DNA of 64,000 nucleotides from Candidatus Pelagibacterales bacterium (GCA_045567365.1 JBJLDC010000019.1:14610-78609); one strand, 5' to 3'; positions 32,248 through 44,776 are shown, counted from the stretch's first letter. Translations and numbers: made by a program. The notes: generated from the letters alone by a model not told the origin.

Positions 32248-33897
32248 TTACATATTTGAATATTTTGGACCACCACTTCCTTCAGGTGTTATCCAATTTA
32301 TGTTTTGAGATGGTTCCTTGATATCACAAGTCTTACAGTGAATACAGTTTTGACTATTAATAACAAATTTAGGATTACTACCATCATCATCTTTATGAAC
32401 TTCATAAACACCAGCAGGGCAGTAACGTTGAGCAGGTTCATCAAATTTTTCTAATGTGTACTCTATCGGTAAATTTTTATCCTCCAATACTAAATGAACT
32501 GGCTGATTTTCTGCATGATACGTACCTGTTAAGAACACAGAACTGGCTCTATCAAAAGTAATCTTTCCATCAGGTTTAGGGTACTCAATTTTTTTACACT
32601 TGTTTGCAGGCATTAGAGTCTCATGATCAGCGTGCGCATGATTCAATGTAAATGGCAGCTTTCCCCTAAAGAGTATTTGATCTATACCTGTAAGAATAGT
32701 TCCAATGAGAAGGCCAAATTTAGTAATAAATGGTTTTACATTTCGAGCGGCATAAAGCTCTTTGTATGCCCAACTATTAGTAAATTTATTTTCAAAGTTA
32801 TCTAAAGAACTTAAATTTTCTCTAAAATATTCATCAATTGCTTCTGCACCAATAATACCACTTTTCATTGCTGTATGTGATCCTTTAATTTTAGGCATGT
32901 TTAAAGTACCTGCATTACACCCGATTAATAAAGCTCCTGGCATAAACATTTTTGGAAGACTTTGAACACCTCCTTCAATTAAAGCTCTGGCTCCATAAGA
33001 AATTCTCTTGCCCCCTTCGATCATTTTTTTAATACTAGGGTGAGTTTTGAATCTTTGAAATTCTTCAAAAGGAGATAAATAAGGATTTTTATAATCTAAG
33101 CCAACTACATATCCCATATAGATTTGATTATTAGCGGCATGGTAAACAAAGCTACCACCATAGGTATTATTATCTAAAGGCCATCCTGCAGAATGTAGAA
33201 CAAGTCCTTCGTCATGATTTTCATCTGGAACTTCCCATATTTCTTTTAGCCCAATTCCATACTGTTGGGGATCAGATTCTTTATCCAACTCGTACTTCTT
33301 AATTAATTGTTTTCCTAAATGACCTCTACAGCCTTCAGCAAATACAGTCACTTTAGCATGTAACTCAATACCTGGTTCATAAGTGTCTTTCTTCTCACCA
33401 TTAATATCAATGCCCATATCATTTGTGGCAATGCCTTTCACAGAATTGTCATCATTAAATAAAACTTCTGAAGCTGCGAAACCAGGATAAATCTCAACAC
33501 CAAGATTTTCAGCAGTTTGGCCCAACCACCGGCAAAGATTTGCCAAGCTTATGATATAGTTTCCTTTGTTGTGCTGAACGGGAGGTAATAACCAAGCAGG
33601 CCAACTGAAACTCATTTTGTCAGATAATAAAAAAAGGAATTTTTCTTTAACTACTTTAGTTTTAATTGGACATCCATCCATATTCTTCCAGTCGGGAAGG
33701 AGTTCATCAAGAGCTTTAGTCTCAAACACATTGCCACTGAGTATATGGCCCCCAACCTCTGATGCTTTTTCAACTATACATACATTTAATTCGGGATTGA
33801 GTTGTTTAAGTTTAATCGCATTCGCCAAACCAGCTGGCCCAGCACCAACAATAACAACATCATATTCCATCGATTCGCGTTGCATATTGGTATCCAT
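32248..33897 (-). CDS. Electron transfer flavoprotein-ubiquinone oxidoreductase
   Basis: GAGPAG FAD motif, AEGCRG, CPAGVY...CIHCKTC 4Fe-4S motif. Confidence 0.97.
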   Translation of the reverse strand: MDTNMQRESMEYDVVIVGAGPAGLANAIKLKQLNPELNVCIVEKASEVGGHILSGNVFETKALDELLPDWKNMDGCPIKTKVVKEKFLFLLSDKMSFSWPAWLLPPVQHNKGNYIISLANLCRWLGQTAENLGVEIYPGFAASEVLFNDDNSVKGIATNDMGIDINGEKKDTYEPGIELHAKVTVFAEGCRGHLGKQLIKKYELDKESDPQQYGIGLKEIWEVPDENHDEGLVLHSAGWPLDNNTYGGSFVYHAANNQIYMGYVVGLDYKNPYLSPFEEFQRFKTHPSIKKMIEGGKRISYGARALIEGGVQSLPKMFMPGALLIGCNAGTLNMPKIKGSHTAMKSGIIGAEAIDEYFRENLSSLDNFENKFTNSWAYKELYAARNVKPFITKFGLLIGTILTGIDQILFRGKLPFTLNHAHADHETLMPANKCKKIEYPKPDGKITFDRASSVFLTGTYHAENQPVHLVLEDKNLPIEYTLEKFDEPAQRYCPAGVYEVHKDDDGSNPKFVINSQNCIHCKTCDIKEPSQNINWITPEGSGGPKYSNM

Positions 33898-33973
33898 TTT
33901 TTGTTAAATCCTAAATTATCTCTATATATTTAGTTTATTGATATTATAATTCAAACACTATTTAAACAGGCTT

Positions 33974-34726
33974 ATGAACAAAACATCTATTAAAAATACG
34001 TTAAACTTACTAAATTTATATAAAGAAAGTGGAGTTGATGAGCTAATATCCTCAAGTCCAAAGAACCGAACTATGGAAAAAAATGATTATATATCAAAAA
34101 AATTGAAAAAATCAGATGAATTGAATTCGACAAAAGTTTCTGAAGAAATAAACCTTGAAGAAATTAATACGCTCGAAGAATTAAAAGATAAAATGTCAGC
34201 TTTTCAGGGATGTCAATTATATAAAAGTGCAACAAATATGGTTTTTTCTGATGGAAATCCAAAGTCAAAAATTATGCTTATCGGTGAAGCACCAGGCCAT
34301 GATGAGGATCTTCAGGCAAAGCCATTTGTTGGAAGAAGTGGTAAGTTGCTTGATAAGATGTTAGAGGCTATAGATCTTAATCGTGAGAAAGTTTATATTG
34401 CTAACATAATACCTTGGAGACCTCCAGCAAATAGAAGGCCTACTGAGGATGAAATTAATAGCTGCCTTCCATTCATACTTAAACATATTGAAATTATAAA
34501 ACCTTCTGCATTAATGCTTCTTGGTAGCACAGCTACATTTGCTATTTTAAGAAATAAGGAAGGTATATCTAAAATAAGAGGTAAGTGGGTCGACTTGAAA
34601 ATTAATCAAATGACCATTCCTACAATGCCAACATTTCACCCAGCTTTTCTTTTAAGGCAACCAGGTCAAAAAAAACATGTATGGACTGATTTGCAGAGTT
34701 TAAGGGATAAAATTAATCAAAAGTGA
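33974..34726 (+). CDS. Uracil-DNA glycosylase (family 4-like)
   Basis: GEAPG..E....PFVG..G, WRPP.NR.P, HPAFLLR. Confidence 0.93.
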   Translation: MNKTSIKNTLNLLNLYKESGVDELISSSPKNRTMEKNDYISKKLKKSDELNSTKVSEEINLEEINTLEELKDKMSAFQGCQLYKSATNMVFSDGNPKSKIMLIGEAPGHDEDLQAKPFVGRSGKLLDKMLEAIDLNREKVYIANIIPWRPPANRRPTEDEINSCLPFILKHIEIIKPSALMLLGSTATFAILRNKEGISKIRGKWVDLKINQMTIPTMPTFHPAFLLRQPGQKKHVWTDLQSLRDKINQK

Positions 34727-35325
34727 GTCTTAATCTACCATTAATTGATTTTGATAATAATTTTAACCATCCGATAGCTGGCGTTGATGAGGTAGGAAGA
34801 GGAACGCTGGCGGGTCCAGTAGTAGCGGCTGCAGTTATACTTGATTATAAAAATATACCTAACGGAATTAAAGACTCAAAAAAAATTTCAAAAAAAAATA
34901 GAGAATTAATAAGTAAATATATTTTAGAAACATCTATTGTTTCAATTGGATATTCGACTTCAATCGAAATAGATAAAATTAATATTCTCAAGGCTTCTTT
35001 GCTGGCTATGAAACGAGCAATTGAAGGTTTGGAAAAAAAACCAAATATCGTTCTAATAGATGGAAACTATGTTCCTGATATAAATATTAATGCAAAACCA
35101 ATTGTTAAAGGTGACAACAGGTCATTATCAATCGCTGCGGCGTCAATAGTTGCAAAAGTTTATAGAGATAATTTAATGACTGAATATTCAAAAAAGTATC
35201 CTGGATATCTGTGGGAAAAAAACTCTGGGTATGGAACAAAAGAACATTTGGAGGCCATCAAAAAATTAGGTGTAACCCCTATACATCGCACTTCTTTCAA
35301 ACCAATACACAACATATTGAATTAA
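34723..35325 (+). CDS. rnhB: Ribonuclease HII
   Basis: GVDEVGRG, DSKK, DGN, IAAASIVAK. Confidence 0.97.
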   Translation: MSLNLPLIDFDNNFNHPIAGVDEVGRGTLAGPVVAAAVILDYKNIPNGIKDSKKISKKNRELISKYILETSIVSIGYSTSIEIDKINILKASLLAMKRAIEGLEKKPNIVLIDGNYVPDININAKPIVKGDNRSLSIAAASIVAKVYRDNLMTEYSKKYPGYLWEKNSGYGTKEHLEAIKKLGVTPIHRTSFKPIHNILN

Positions 35326-35337
35326 GTAAATCATGTA

Positions 35338-37563
<2,226 letters not shown>

Positions 37564-37576
37564 AAAATTTTTCCAA

Positions 37577-38044
37577 ATGAATAACAAAAAATATAGTGGT
37601 TTAAGATCAGTATCAAATTTTTTTCCTAAAGAAGTAAAGAATCTACTCCGCAAAAGAGGATTTTTTGAGTTAGAATTACTTAAAAATTGGGTCAATATTG
37701 TGGATAAAAAGTATATAAATACTTCTCTACCTATTAAGCTTAAATCAGGAAAGAGTAATAATGGCGCAAATCTAGTTGTCAAAGTTGATCCAAGTAACGC
37801 TTTTGGGTTTGAACATGATAAAGATATAATAATGCGAAAAATAAATTCTTATTTTGGATATAGTGCAGTTGAAAAAATAACGATCATACAGGATCGATTT
37901 GCTGCAAATAATATAGATAGCAATAATAACAATAAGTTAGATAAATTACCTAAGAAACAAAGTAAAAGCTTTAATCAATTAGAAGATCATCCAAGATTAA
38001 AAGAGGCTTTTGAAAAAATATCAAAAAAAATTTCTAAGACCTAA
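37577..38044 (+). CDS. DUF721 / DciA family protein (replicative helicase loader candidate)
   Basis: KRGF...L..W..IV, IN.YFGY.AV..I...Q pattern; mutY-DUF721-dsbA-smc synteny. Confidence 0.78.
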   Translation: MNNKKYSGLRSVSNFFPKEVKNLLRKRGFFELELLKNWVNIVDKKYINTSLPIKLKSGKSNNGANLVVKVDPSNAFGFEHDKDIIMRKINSYFGYSAVEKITIIQDRFAANNIDSNNNNKLDKLPKKQSKSFNQLEDHPRLKEAFEKISKKISKT

Positions 38045-38107
38045 TTTTCAACAAAGTTAGAAGATATCAATTTACAGCATTAAAAAACTGCTATAAAACG
38101 CAAAAAA

Positions 38108-38123
38108 ATTGATTATAATCAAT
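38108..38123. promoter_or_regulatory. Perfect 16-bp palindrome containing FNR/FixK consensus TTGAT-N4-ATCAA
   Basis: ATTGATTATAATCAAT in the dciA-dsbA spacer. Confidence 0.45.
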
Positions 38124-38158
38124 ATATTGTGTTAACTTATTTTAACTTAGTACTAAAT

Positions 38159-38776
38159 ATGGGCTTCATAAAGAATTCACTGAAATCATGCTTTATAGTC
38201 ATATGTTCTCTATTTTTATTATTTTCATTACCGAATGCATATGCAAAGAAAGAGTTGAGAGGTTTTGAAATTGGTAGTGCCGATGCTCCTATAACTATTA
38301 TTGAGTATAGGTCACTCACTTGCAGTCACTGTGCAGATTTTGCTAATGATGTTTTTCCTAAATTGGATGAGAAATATATTCAAACGGGTAGGGTAAAATT
38401 TGAATTTAGACCCTTTGTTCTGAATGCTGTTGATCTGAATGCATTTAAATTACTTAATTCAATTGAAGAGAAAGATTTCTTATCACTCGATAAAATGCTC
38501 TTTAGAGATCAAAATAAATGGCTAGTAACAAAAGACTCTAATAAAATTTTAGAAAATAGTACTAATGCTCTTAAGAAATATGCTCTTTTATATGGACTTT
38601 CTGAAGAAACATTCAACGATATCCTTAATGATAAAGAATTAGAAGAATGGATTTTATCAATGAGAGTGGATGGCACTAAAAGATTTAATATACAATCTAC
38701 CCCATCATTTATTATTAATGGTGAAGTTTATTCAGGAAATATGCCATTCTCTAAATTTGAAAAACTTTTGAATTAA
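38159..38776 (+). CDS. DsbA-like thioredoxin-fold protein; probable start ATG 38159
   Basis: Signal peptide, IEY.SLTCSHCA.F, STPSF.ING. Confidence 0.9.
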   Translation: MGFIKNSLKSCFIVICSLFLLFSLPNAYAKKELRGFEIGSADAPITIIEYRSLTCSHCADFANDVFPKLDEKYIQTGRVKFEFRPFVLNAVDLNAFKLLNSIEEKDFLSLDKMLFRDQNKWLVTKDSNKILENSTNALKKYALLYGLSEETFNDILNDKELEEWILSMRVDGTKRFNIQSTPSFIINGEVYSGNMPFSKFEKLLN

Positions 38777-38779
38777 TTT

Positions 38780-41374
38780 ATGAAATTTAAAAAAATTAAA
38801 ATTTTAGGATTTAAAAGTTTTGTAGATCAAACTGATATTGACATTGAAGAAGGTCTAACTGGTATTGTGGGCCCTAATGGATGCGGTAAGTCAAATGTAG
38901 TTGAATCTTTAAGATGGTGTATGGGTGAAACATCGCCGAAAAGCATGAGGGGCTCTGGAATGGAAGATGTTATTTTTTCTGGTACCGCAGATAGACCTGC
39001 TAGAAATAATGCTGAAGTAACCATCTTTCTCGACAATAAAGATAGAAATGCACCAGCTGAATTTAATAATGATGAAGAAATTCAGATAAGAAGAAAAATA
39101 GAAATTGAAAGAGGGTCAGAGTACCGAATAAATGGAAAAGAAGTTAGAGCGAGAGATGTTCAACGACTTTTTGCAGATCTCTCAACAGGCGCTCATTCAC
39201 CTTCACTAATTAGTCAGGGTAGAGTTGGTGCCTTAATCAATGCCAAACCAATTGATCGTAGAGCAGTACTAGAAGAAGCGGCTGGAATTTCTGGATTGCA
39301 TTCGCGAAGACATGAGGCAGAGCTTAAATTAAAAGGTGCTGAAAGTAATCTGCAGAGGCTAAAAGATATTATGAGACAGTTAAATACTCAAATTAATAAT
39401 CTTCAAAAACAAGCTAAGCAGGCTGAAGCCTATAAATCAATTTCAGAAGAAATTACTCGCCTAGAAGGAATAGTTACATATTTAAAATGGTACAATTTAA
39501 AAGAGTCATTTGAGAAATCCGATACTGACTTAAAATCAAGTGAGCAACTAATCCAGAAATATACACTAGAGGTGAGCCAAGCAACAAATGATCAGGCCAA
39601 AGCTAATGAAAAGATTCAGCCATTAAGAGAAAAGGAAATAGAAGCTGCTGCAAAATTAAATAGAATTAACCTTGAAAGAGAAAGTCTTGATAAAGAAGAA
39701 GAAAGAATTAAGGAACTAAAAAAATCACTCGAACAAACTATTCAGCAGAACATAGGAGACTATGAAAGAGAACAATATCAATTAGAGAATGCCCTAAGAG
39801 ATTTGGATGCACTTAATGTCAAAAAAGACGATTTAACTGCAGAAATTAGCATAGATGACTTTGATAATGAACAGATAAAGGATTTAAAAGAAGAAAAAAA
39901 ACAACTTGAAGATCAAATAAATGATCTGGAAGAAAATATCGAAAAATACAATTCTATTAAACAATCTAAAAGAGATGAGTGGCAAAAAGCTCTGATAAAT
40001 GAAGAAAATCTAAAGTCAAGAGAATCAACCTTAAAAGAAGTAGAAGGTTACGATGACCCTAACAAATGGACTCAAATCTTTTCAGAAAAGTTCTATAGAA
40101 ATCTATCAGAAATATCAGAAAAGGTTGTCAAAGCAGAAGAGCTATCAGCTGACTCTCGAAAATCTTATGATAAAGCAAGTAACGATGCTAAGGATGCTGT
40201 GACTATGTCGATGCAACTAAGAGAAGATCTTAGGCAAAAAGATGTTGAAGAAAAACATAGTGATTGGAATTATGAGTACCAAAGACTTAGTAAGAATATT
40301 CAATCTTCAAAAAATCAAATAAATGAATTAAAGCAAAGACGCATAAAATCAGAAGAAGAATTAAAAAAAATTACAAACAGGCCTGAAGAGATTGCACAAA
40401 AAAGAGGTCAACTTATTGAAACTAAAGGTTTTGCTGAAACTGAAAGACAATATGCTGCCGATAGATTGGCAGAAGCTGATAATGAATTAAAAAAATATGA
40501 AAACAAACTTAGAAAAGCTCAAAATGACCTTGCTAATGTAAGGGAGTCAAAAGGAAGAACCGAAGCGACAAAAGAGCTGGCTGAGAGTAGACTTTCTGAA
40601 TTAGAGTCTGAGTCCATTGAAAAATATAATTGTAAACCTGACTCAATAATAACTAAATTATCGATTTCAGAAGATTTAGAAACTTTACAGAATAACTTTG
40701 AACGCAATGAGACAAGACTGGAGAGATTAAAACAACAAAGAGATACTCTCGGAGTTGTTAACTTAAGAGCGGATCTAGAGACAAAGGAGATTGAGCAGGA
40801 ATTAGAAAAAATGAATAGTGAAAAAACAGATCTTGAAACTGCGATAAAAAAAATGAGAGAGTCAATCGAAGAATTAAACAAAGAAGGAAGGACAAGACTT
40901 CTTAAGGCATTTGATGTTGTAAATAATCATTTCAAGGATGTGTTTGTTCAATTATTCAATGGTGGTAAAGCACACTTAGAGCTTGTTGACTCAGATGATC
41001 CTCTCGAAGCTGGATTAGAAATGATGGTCAGCCCTCCTGGTAAAAAATTACAATCAATGTCACTTCTCTCAGGAGGAGAGCAGGCATTGACTGCTATGTC
41101 TCTTATTTTTGCAGTGTTTTTAACTAATCCATCTCCTATATGTGTTCTTGATGAGGTTGATGCTCCACTTGATGATGCAAATGTTGAGCGCTTTTGTAAT
41201 CTACTTGATGATATAGCCGATAAAACAAATACAAAGTTTTTAATTATTACTCACCATGCTCTTACTATGTCACGAATGGATAGACTATTTGGTGTAACTA
41301 TGGCAGAAAGAGGCGTAAGCCAAATAGTTTCTGTTGACCTTAAAAAAGCTGAAGAAATAGGTGCTGTTGCTTGA
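38780..41374 (+). CDS. smc: Chromosome segregation protein SMC, short form
   Basis: GPNGCGKS, ISQG, LSGGE, LDEVDAPLD, ITH; long coiled coils; only 864 aa. Confidence 0.93.
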   Translation: MKFKKIKILGFKSFVDQTDIDIEEGLTGIVGPNGCGKSNVVESLRWCMGETSPKSMRGSGMEDVIFSGTADRPARNNAEVTIFLDNKDRNAPAEFNNDEEIQIRRKIEIERGSEYRINGKEVRARDVQRLFADLSTGAHSPSLISQGRVGALINAKPIDRRAVLEEAAGISGLHSRRHEAELKLKGAESNLQRLKDIMRQLNTQINNLQKQAKQAEAYKSISEEITRLEGIVTYLKWYNLKESFEKSDTDLKSSEQLIQKYTLEVSQATNDQAKANEKIQPLREKEIEAAAKLNRINLERESLDKEEERIKELKKSLEQTIQQNIGDYEREQYQLENALRDLDALNVKKDDLTAEISIDDFDNEQIKDLKEEKKQLEDQINDLEENIEKYNSIKQSKRDEWQKALINEENLKSRESTLKEVEGYDDPNKWTQIFSEKFYRNLSEISEKVVKAEELSADSRKSYDKASNDAKDAVTMSMQLREDLRQKDVEEKHSDWNYEYQRLSKNIQSSKNQINELKQRRIKSEEELKKITNRPEEIAQKRGQLIETKGFAETERQYAADRLAEADNELKKYENKLRKAQNDLANVRESKGRTEATKELAESRLSELESESIEKYNCKPDSIITKLSISEDLETLQNNFERNETRLERLKQQRDTLGVVNLRADLETKEIEQELEKMNSEKTDLETAIKKMRESIEELNKEGRTRLLKAFDVVNNHFKDVFVQLFNGGKAHLELVDSDDPLEAGLEMMVSPPGKKLQSMSLLSGGEQALTAMSLIFAVFLTNPSPICVLDEVDAPLDDANVERFCNLLDDIADKTNTKFLIITHHALTMSRMDRLFGVTMAERGVSQIVSVDLKKAEEIGAVA

Positions 41375-41661
41375 TGCAAGATGATGAGCACAAACTAAGC
41401 CAGCTAAATCAAAAAATAGAAGCCGCAAAATCAAAGAATCAGTTAGACAATCATTCTGACATCCCACCATCTCAGCTTGGAAAAGTAATGAAATTAACAG
41501 TAGAAATTGTCGCAGCTGTGGGCATTGGGGTTGGTATTGGAATACTATTGGATAACTTTTTTAATACACGCCCTTTATTCATCATTATCTTCTTTTTACT
41601 AGGGGGTTGTGCTGGAATTTTAAATGTTTTTAGGGTTGCAAAATCAATGCAAAATCACTAA
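41374..41661 (+). CDS. atpI: AtpZ/AtpI family protein
   Basis: E......G.GIG..LD..F.T.P...F.LLG..AG..NV.R; first gene of the Fo operon; TGATG overlap with smc. Confidence 0.88.
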   Translation: MQDDEHKLSQLNQKIEAAKSKNQLDNHSDIPPSQLGKVMKLTVEIVAAVGIGVGIGILLDNFFNTRPLFIIIFFLLGGCAGILNVFRVAKSMQNH

Positions 41662-41671
41662 AAATTACGCG

Positions 41672-42421
41672 ATGGCGTCAGCAAAAGAACCAAATTTAAT
41701 CGATCCAATACACCAATTTGCAATTTCAAAATTAGCAGATATTAAAATTGGTAATATTGATATTTCATTCACAAATTCTTCACAGTTCATGGTGATTACT
41801 ACAATCGCAATCATGTTTCTATTTATGTTAGGACTTTCTAAAAGATCAATCATTCCAAATAGATTTCAAATGATATGTGAACTATCATATAATTTTATAG
41901 CTAACCTGCTACGCGCAAATGTAGGTGAGCAAGGAAGGGACTACTTTCCATTTGTTTTTACTTTATTCATGTTCATTTTCTTCTGTAATCTAATTGGCTT
42001 AATTCCCTACACGTTTACTGTAACAAGTCACATTATTGTAACATTTGCTTTTGCAGGTTTAATTTTCATTGGCGTAACTCTTATTGGATTTGTAAAAAAT
42101 GGTCTAGGGTACTTAAGAATGTTTTATCCTAAGGGAGTCCCTGTTTATATGGCTCCTATAATCATTCCAATAGAAATTATCTCATATCTAACAAAGCCTG
42201 TAAGTCTATCTGTTCGATTAATGGCAAATATGTTGGCGGGACACAGCATAATAAAGATATTTGCAGGATTTATCGTAATGATGGGATTCTTTGGAATAAT
42301 ACCTCTTGCAGGTCTCGTTGCAATTTATGCATTGGAAGTATTTATTGCTTTTTTACAGGCATATATTTTCACAATTTTAACATGTATTTATCTTAATGAT
42401 GCATTACATCCGCATCATTAA
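41672..42421 (+). CDS. atpB: ATP synthase Fo subunit a; probable start ATG 41672
   Basis: DPIHQF, NLIGLIP, SLSVRLMANMLAGH, LQAYIF. Confidence 0.97.
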   Translation: MASAKEPNLIDPIHQFAISKLADIKIGNIDISFTNSSQFMVITTIAIMFLFMLGLSKRSIIPNRFQMICELSYNFIANLLRANVGEQGRDYFPFVFTLFMFIFFCNLIGLIPYTFTVTSHIIVTFAFAGLIFIGVTLIGFVKNGLGYLRMFYPKGVPVYMAPIIIPIEIISYLTKPVSLSVRLMANMLAGHSIIKIFAGFIVMMGFFGIIPLAGLVAIYALEVFIAFLQAYIFTILTCIYLNDALHPHH

Positions 42422-42439
42422 TTTGAATTTTAAGAATAA

Positions 42440-42682
<243 letters not shown>

Positions 42683-42701
42683 TTAAGAGTACGTTTCCAC
42701 T

Positions 42702-43250
42702 ATGACTTTTTTCTGGAAAATAGTTTTTCTCGTCTCCATTATTCTGTGGCCACAGATTGGTTTCACAGAAGGAGATGGCCTTCCTCAAATGGATATAACA
42801 ACATTTCCATCGCAATTGTTTTGGCTAATAATCACTTTTGGAATTCTCTATTTATTTATGTGGAGGACGGCTATTCCAAAGCTCAGAAATACAATAGAAG
42901 AAAGGCAAGATAAAATCCTTCTTGATATTAATGAGGCAGATAAACTGAAGTCAGAGGCTGAGGAAACCCTAAGAGAATATGAAGAAAAAATTCAATCAGC
43001 TTCTAAAGAAGCTAGTGAGATTATTAATCAGGCGAAGACAAAAGCTGATGAAATGATAGATAATATTAAAAAGCAGCAAGATCTTAAACTGTCACAAATG
43101 CTTAGGGACTCAAAAGATCGAATTAATAAACAGTTCGAAGATTCAAAAGATCAAATTGAAAATGCTAAAATTGAGTCTATAAAACTCATTAGTGCTAAAT
43201 TTCTTACAGAGTCACTCGATGATGATGAAATACGGAAAGAGATAAACTAG
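42702..43250 (+). CDS. ATP synthase Fo subunit b'
   Basis: LPQMD..TFPSQLFWL, TM then coiled coil. Confidence 0.92.
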   Translation: MTFFWKIVFLVSIILWPQIGFTEGDGLPQMDITTFPSQLFWLIITFGILYLFMWRTAIPKLRNTIEERQDKILLDINEADKLKSEAEETLREYEEKIQSASKEASEIINQAKTKADEMIDNIKKQQDLKLSQMLRDSKDRINKQFEDSKDQIENAKIESIKLISAKFLTESLDDDEIRKEIN

Positions 43251-43256
43251 AAGATT

Positions 43257-43748
43257 ATGGATTTTTTTTACCAACCAGCATCATGGGTCTTTATCGCATT
43301 CATTATTTTTATTTCAATTACTATCTACCTTAAGGTGCCAAATATGGTTACTAAATTATTGGATGAGCAAATAAGTAAAATTAAGAATGACTTAGATGAT
43401 GCAAGAAAGCTCAAGGAAGACGCTAATTCACTATTAGCCGAATACGAAAGAAAAATAGAGTCTGCTAACAAAGAGGCTGAAAATATCATTAATCAAGCTA
43501 ATAATAATGCAAAATCATACGAAGAATCTTCTAATAAGAAGATTGAAGAATTTATTTCAAGAAGTGAAAAGCAATCAATTGAAAAAATTGAGCAGGCACA
43601 AAAAACTGCTATTAAAAAAATAAATGAAGAAATTGTGAATAAATCTGTAGAAGTAGCAGAAAAAATAATTTCGAAAAATATGAATGATCAGAATAATAAT
43701 AAACTGTTTGAGAGTTCAATTAATCAAATTAAAAAACTTCAAGATTAA
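43257..43748 (+). CDS. atpF: ATP synthase Fo subunit b
   Basis: WVFIAFIIF TM, LD...I..L..A..L..DA coil. Confidence 0.92.
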   Translation: MDFFYQPASWVFIAFIIFISITIYLKVPNMVTKLLDEQISKIKNDLDDARKLKEDANSLLAEYERKIESANKEAENIINQANNNAKSYEESSNKKIEEFISRSEKQSIEKIEQAQKTAIKKINEEIVNKSVEVAEKIISKNMNDQNNNKLFESSINQIKKLQD

Positions 43749-43813
43749 AGCACCTTTTTTAGATCATTTAACAAAATTATTTTATCTTTACTAATCTAAG
43801 CTATAAATACCAT

Positions 43814-44776
43814 ATGGCTGTATATACAAATATTTCACTAATTGAATTAAATGAATTCTTAGATCTTTATTCTATTGGTAAAGCTGATGACCTAGTTGGG
43901 ATAAAATCTGGAATAGAGAATACTAACTATTTAGTTAAAATAAATAATCAAAAACATATTTTAACTATATTTGAAAAACGAACTCATCAAGATGACTTAC
44001 CCTTCTTTTTTAATCTTATGAATCATTTAAATGATAGTGGGATTAAATGCCCTCAAGCAATTAAAACTAAGGATGATGAATATTATAAACTGCTAAAGGG
44101 AAAACCGGCCTCTCTTACGTCTTTTGTTGATGGAGAAATACTAAATCGAATTGAACCTAACCATTGTTCTGAATTAGGAAAATCTATGGCATTGTTTCAT
44201 AATGCTTCAAGTGTTCTTAATATGAGCAGGAAAAATCAAATGGGCTTTGAAAATTTTGGGGTTTTAATCAAAAAATTAGAAGAGAATATGTCAGAGTCGG
44301 ATGATATTCCTATTGAATTAGTCAAAAATGAATACCATTTCTTAAATCAAAACATATCCTTTAATTTACCAAGTGGTATTATTCATGCAGACTTATTTCC
44401 AGATAATGTTTTTTTTGTAAATAATTCATTGTCGGGCATCATCGATTTTTATTTTTCTTGCAATGATTATTATGCATATGAAATAGCTATATGCATAAAT
44501 GCATGGTGTTTTGAAGAAAAAAGTAATGAATTTAATATCTCAAAAGCCAAGAAATTACTATCAAGCTATAATGATGTGAGGGAATTAACTATAATTGAAA
44601 TAGATAGCTTGCCTTTATTGTGTAGAGCTGCAGCATTGAGATTTTTACTAACAAGGTTAATAGACTTCTATCAAGAGACAAGCGGTTCTCTTCTTGTGAA
44701 AAAAGATCCAACGGAGTATCTCAAGAAGCTTAAATTTCATCAATCAATTTCTCATGCAAGAGAATATGGATTATGA
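43814..44776 (+). CDS. thrB: Homoserine kinase type II
   Basis: MAVYT, GIENTNY, IHADLFPDNVFF, IDFYF. Confidence 0.95.
   Translation: MAVYTNISLIELNEFLDLYSIGKADDLVGIKSGIENTNYLVKINNQKHILTIFEKRTHQDDLPFFFNLMNHLNDSGIKCPQAIKTKDDEYYKLLKGKPASLTSFVDGEILNRIEPNHCSELGKSMALFHNASSVLNMSRKNQMGFENFGVLIKKLEENMSESDDIPIELVKNEYHFLNQNISFNLPSGIIHADLFPDNVFFVNNSLSGIIDFYFSCNDYYAYEIAICINAWCFEEKSNEFNISKAKKLLSSYNDVRELTIIEIDSLPLLCRAAALRFLLTRLIDFYQETSGSLLVKKDPTEYLKKLKFHQSISHAREYGL

Noticed and set aside
37699-37707. Perfect DnaA box inside dciA, and the idea of an origin in this window
   Set aside because: Single coding-region 9-mer compatible with chance; no box cluster or origin-associated genes.
37564-37782. Long N-terminal extension of mutY overlapping dciA
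   Set aside because: No MutY-like sequence; antisense read-through of the DUF721 gene.
38132-38145. CtrA-like TTAA...TTAA before dsbA
   Set aside because: Spacing is 6 nt rather than the canonical 7, in very AT-rich DNA.
40519-40881. 120-aa Ser/Leu-rich minus-strand ORF
   Set aside because: Antisense shadow of the SMC coiled coil.
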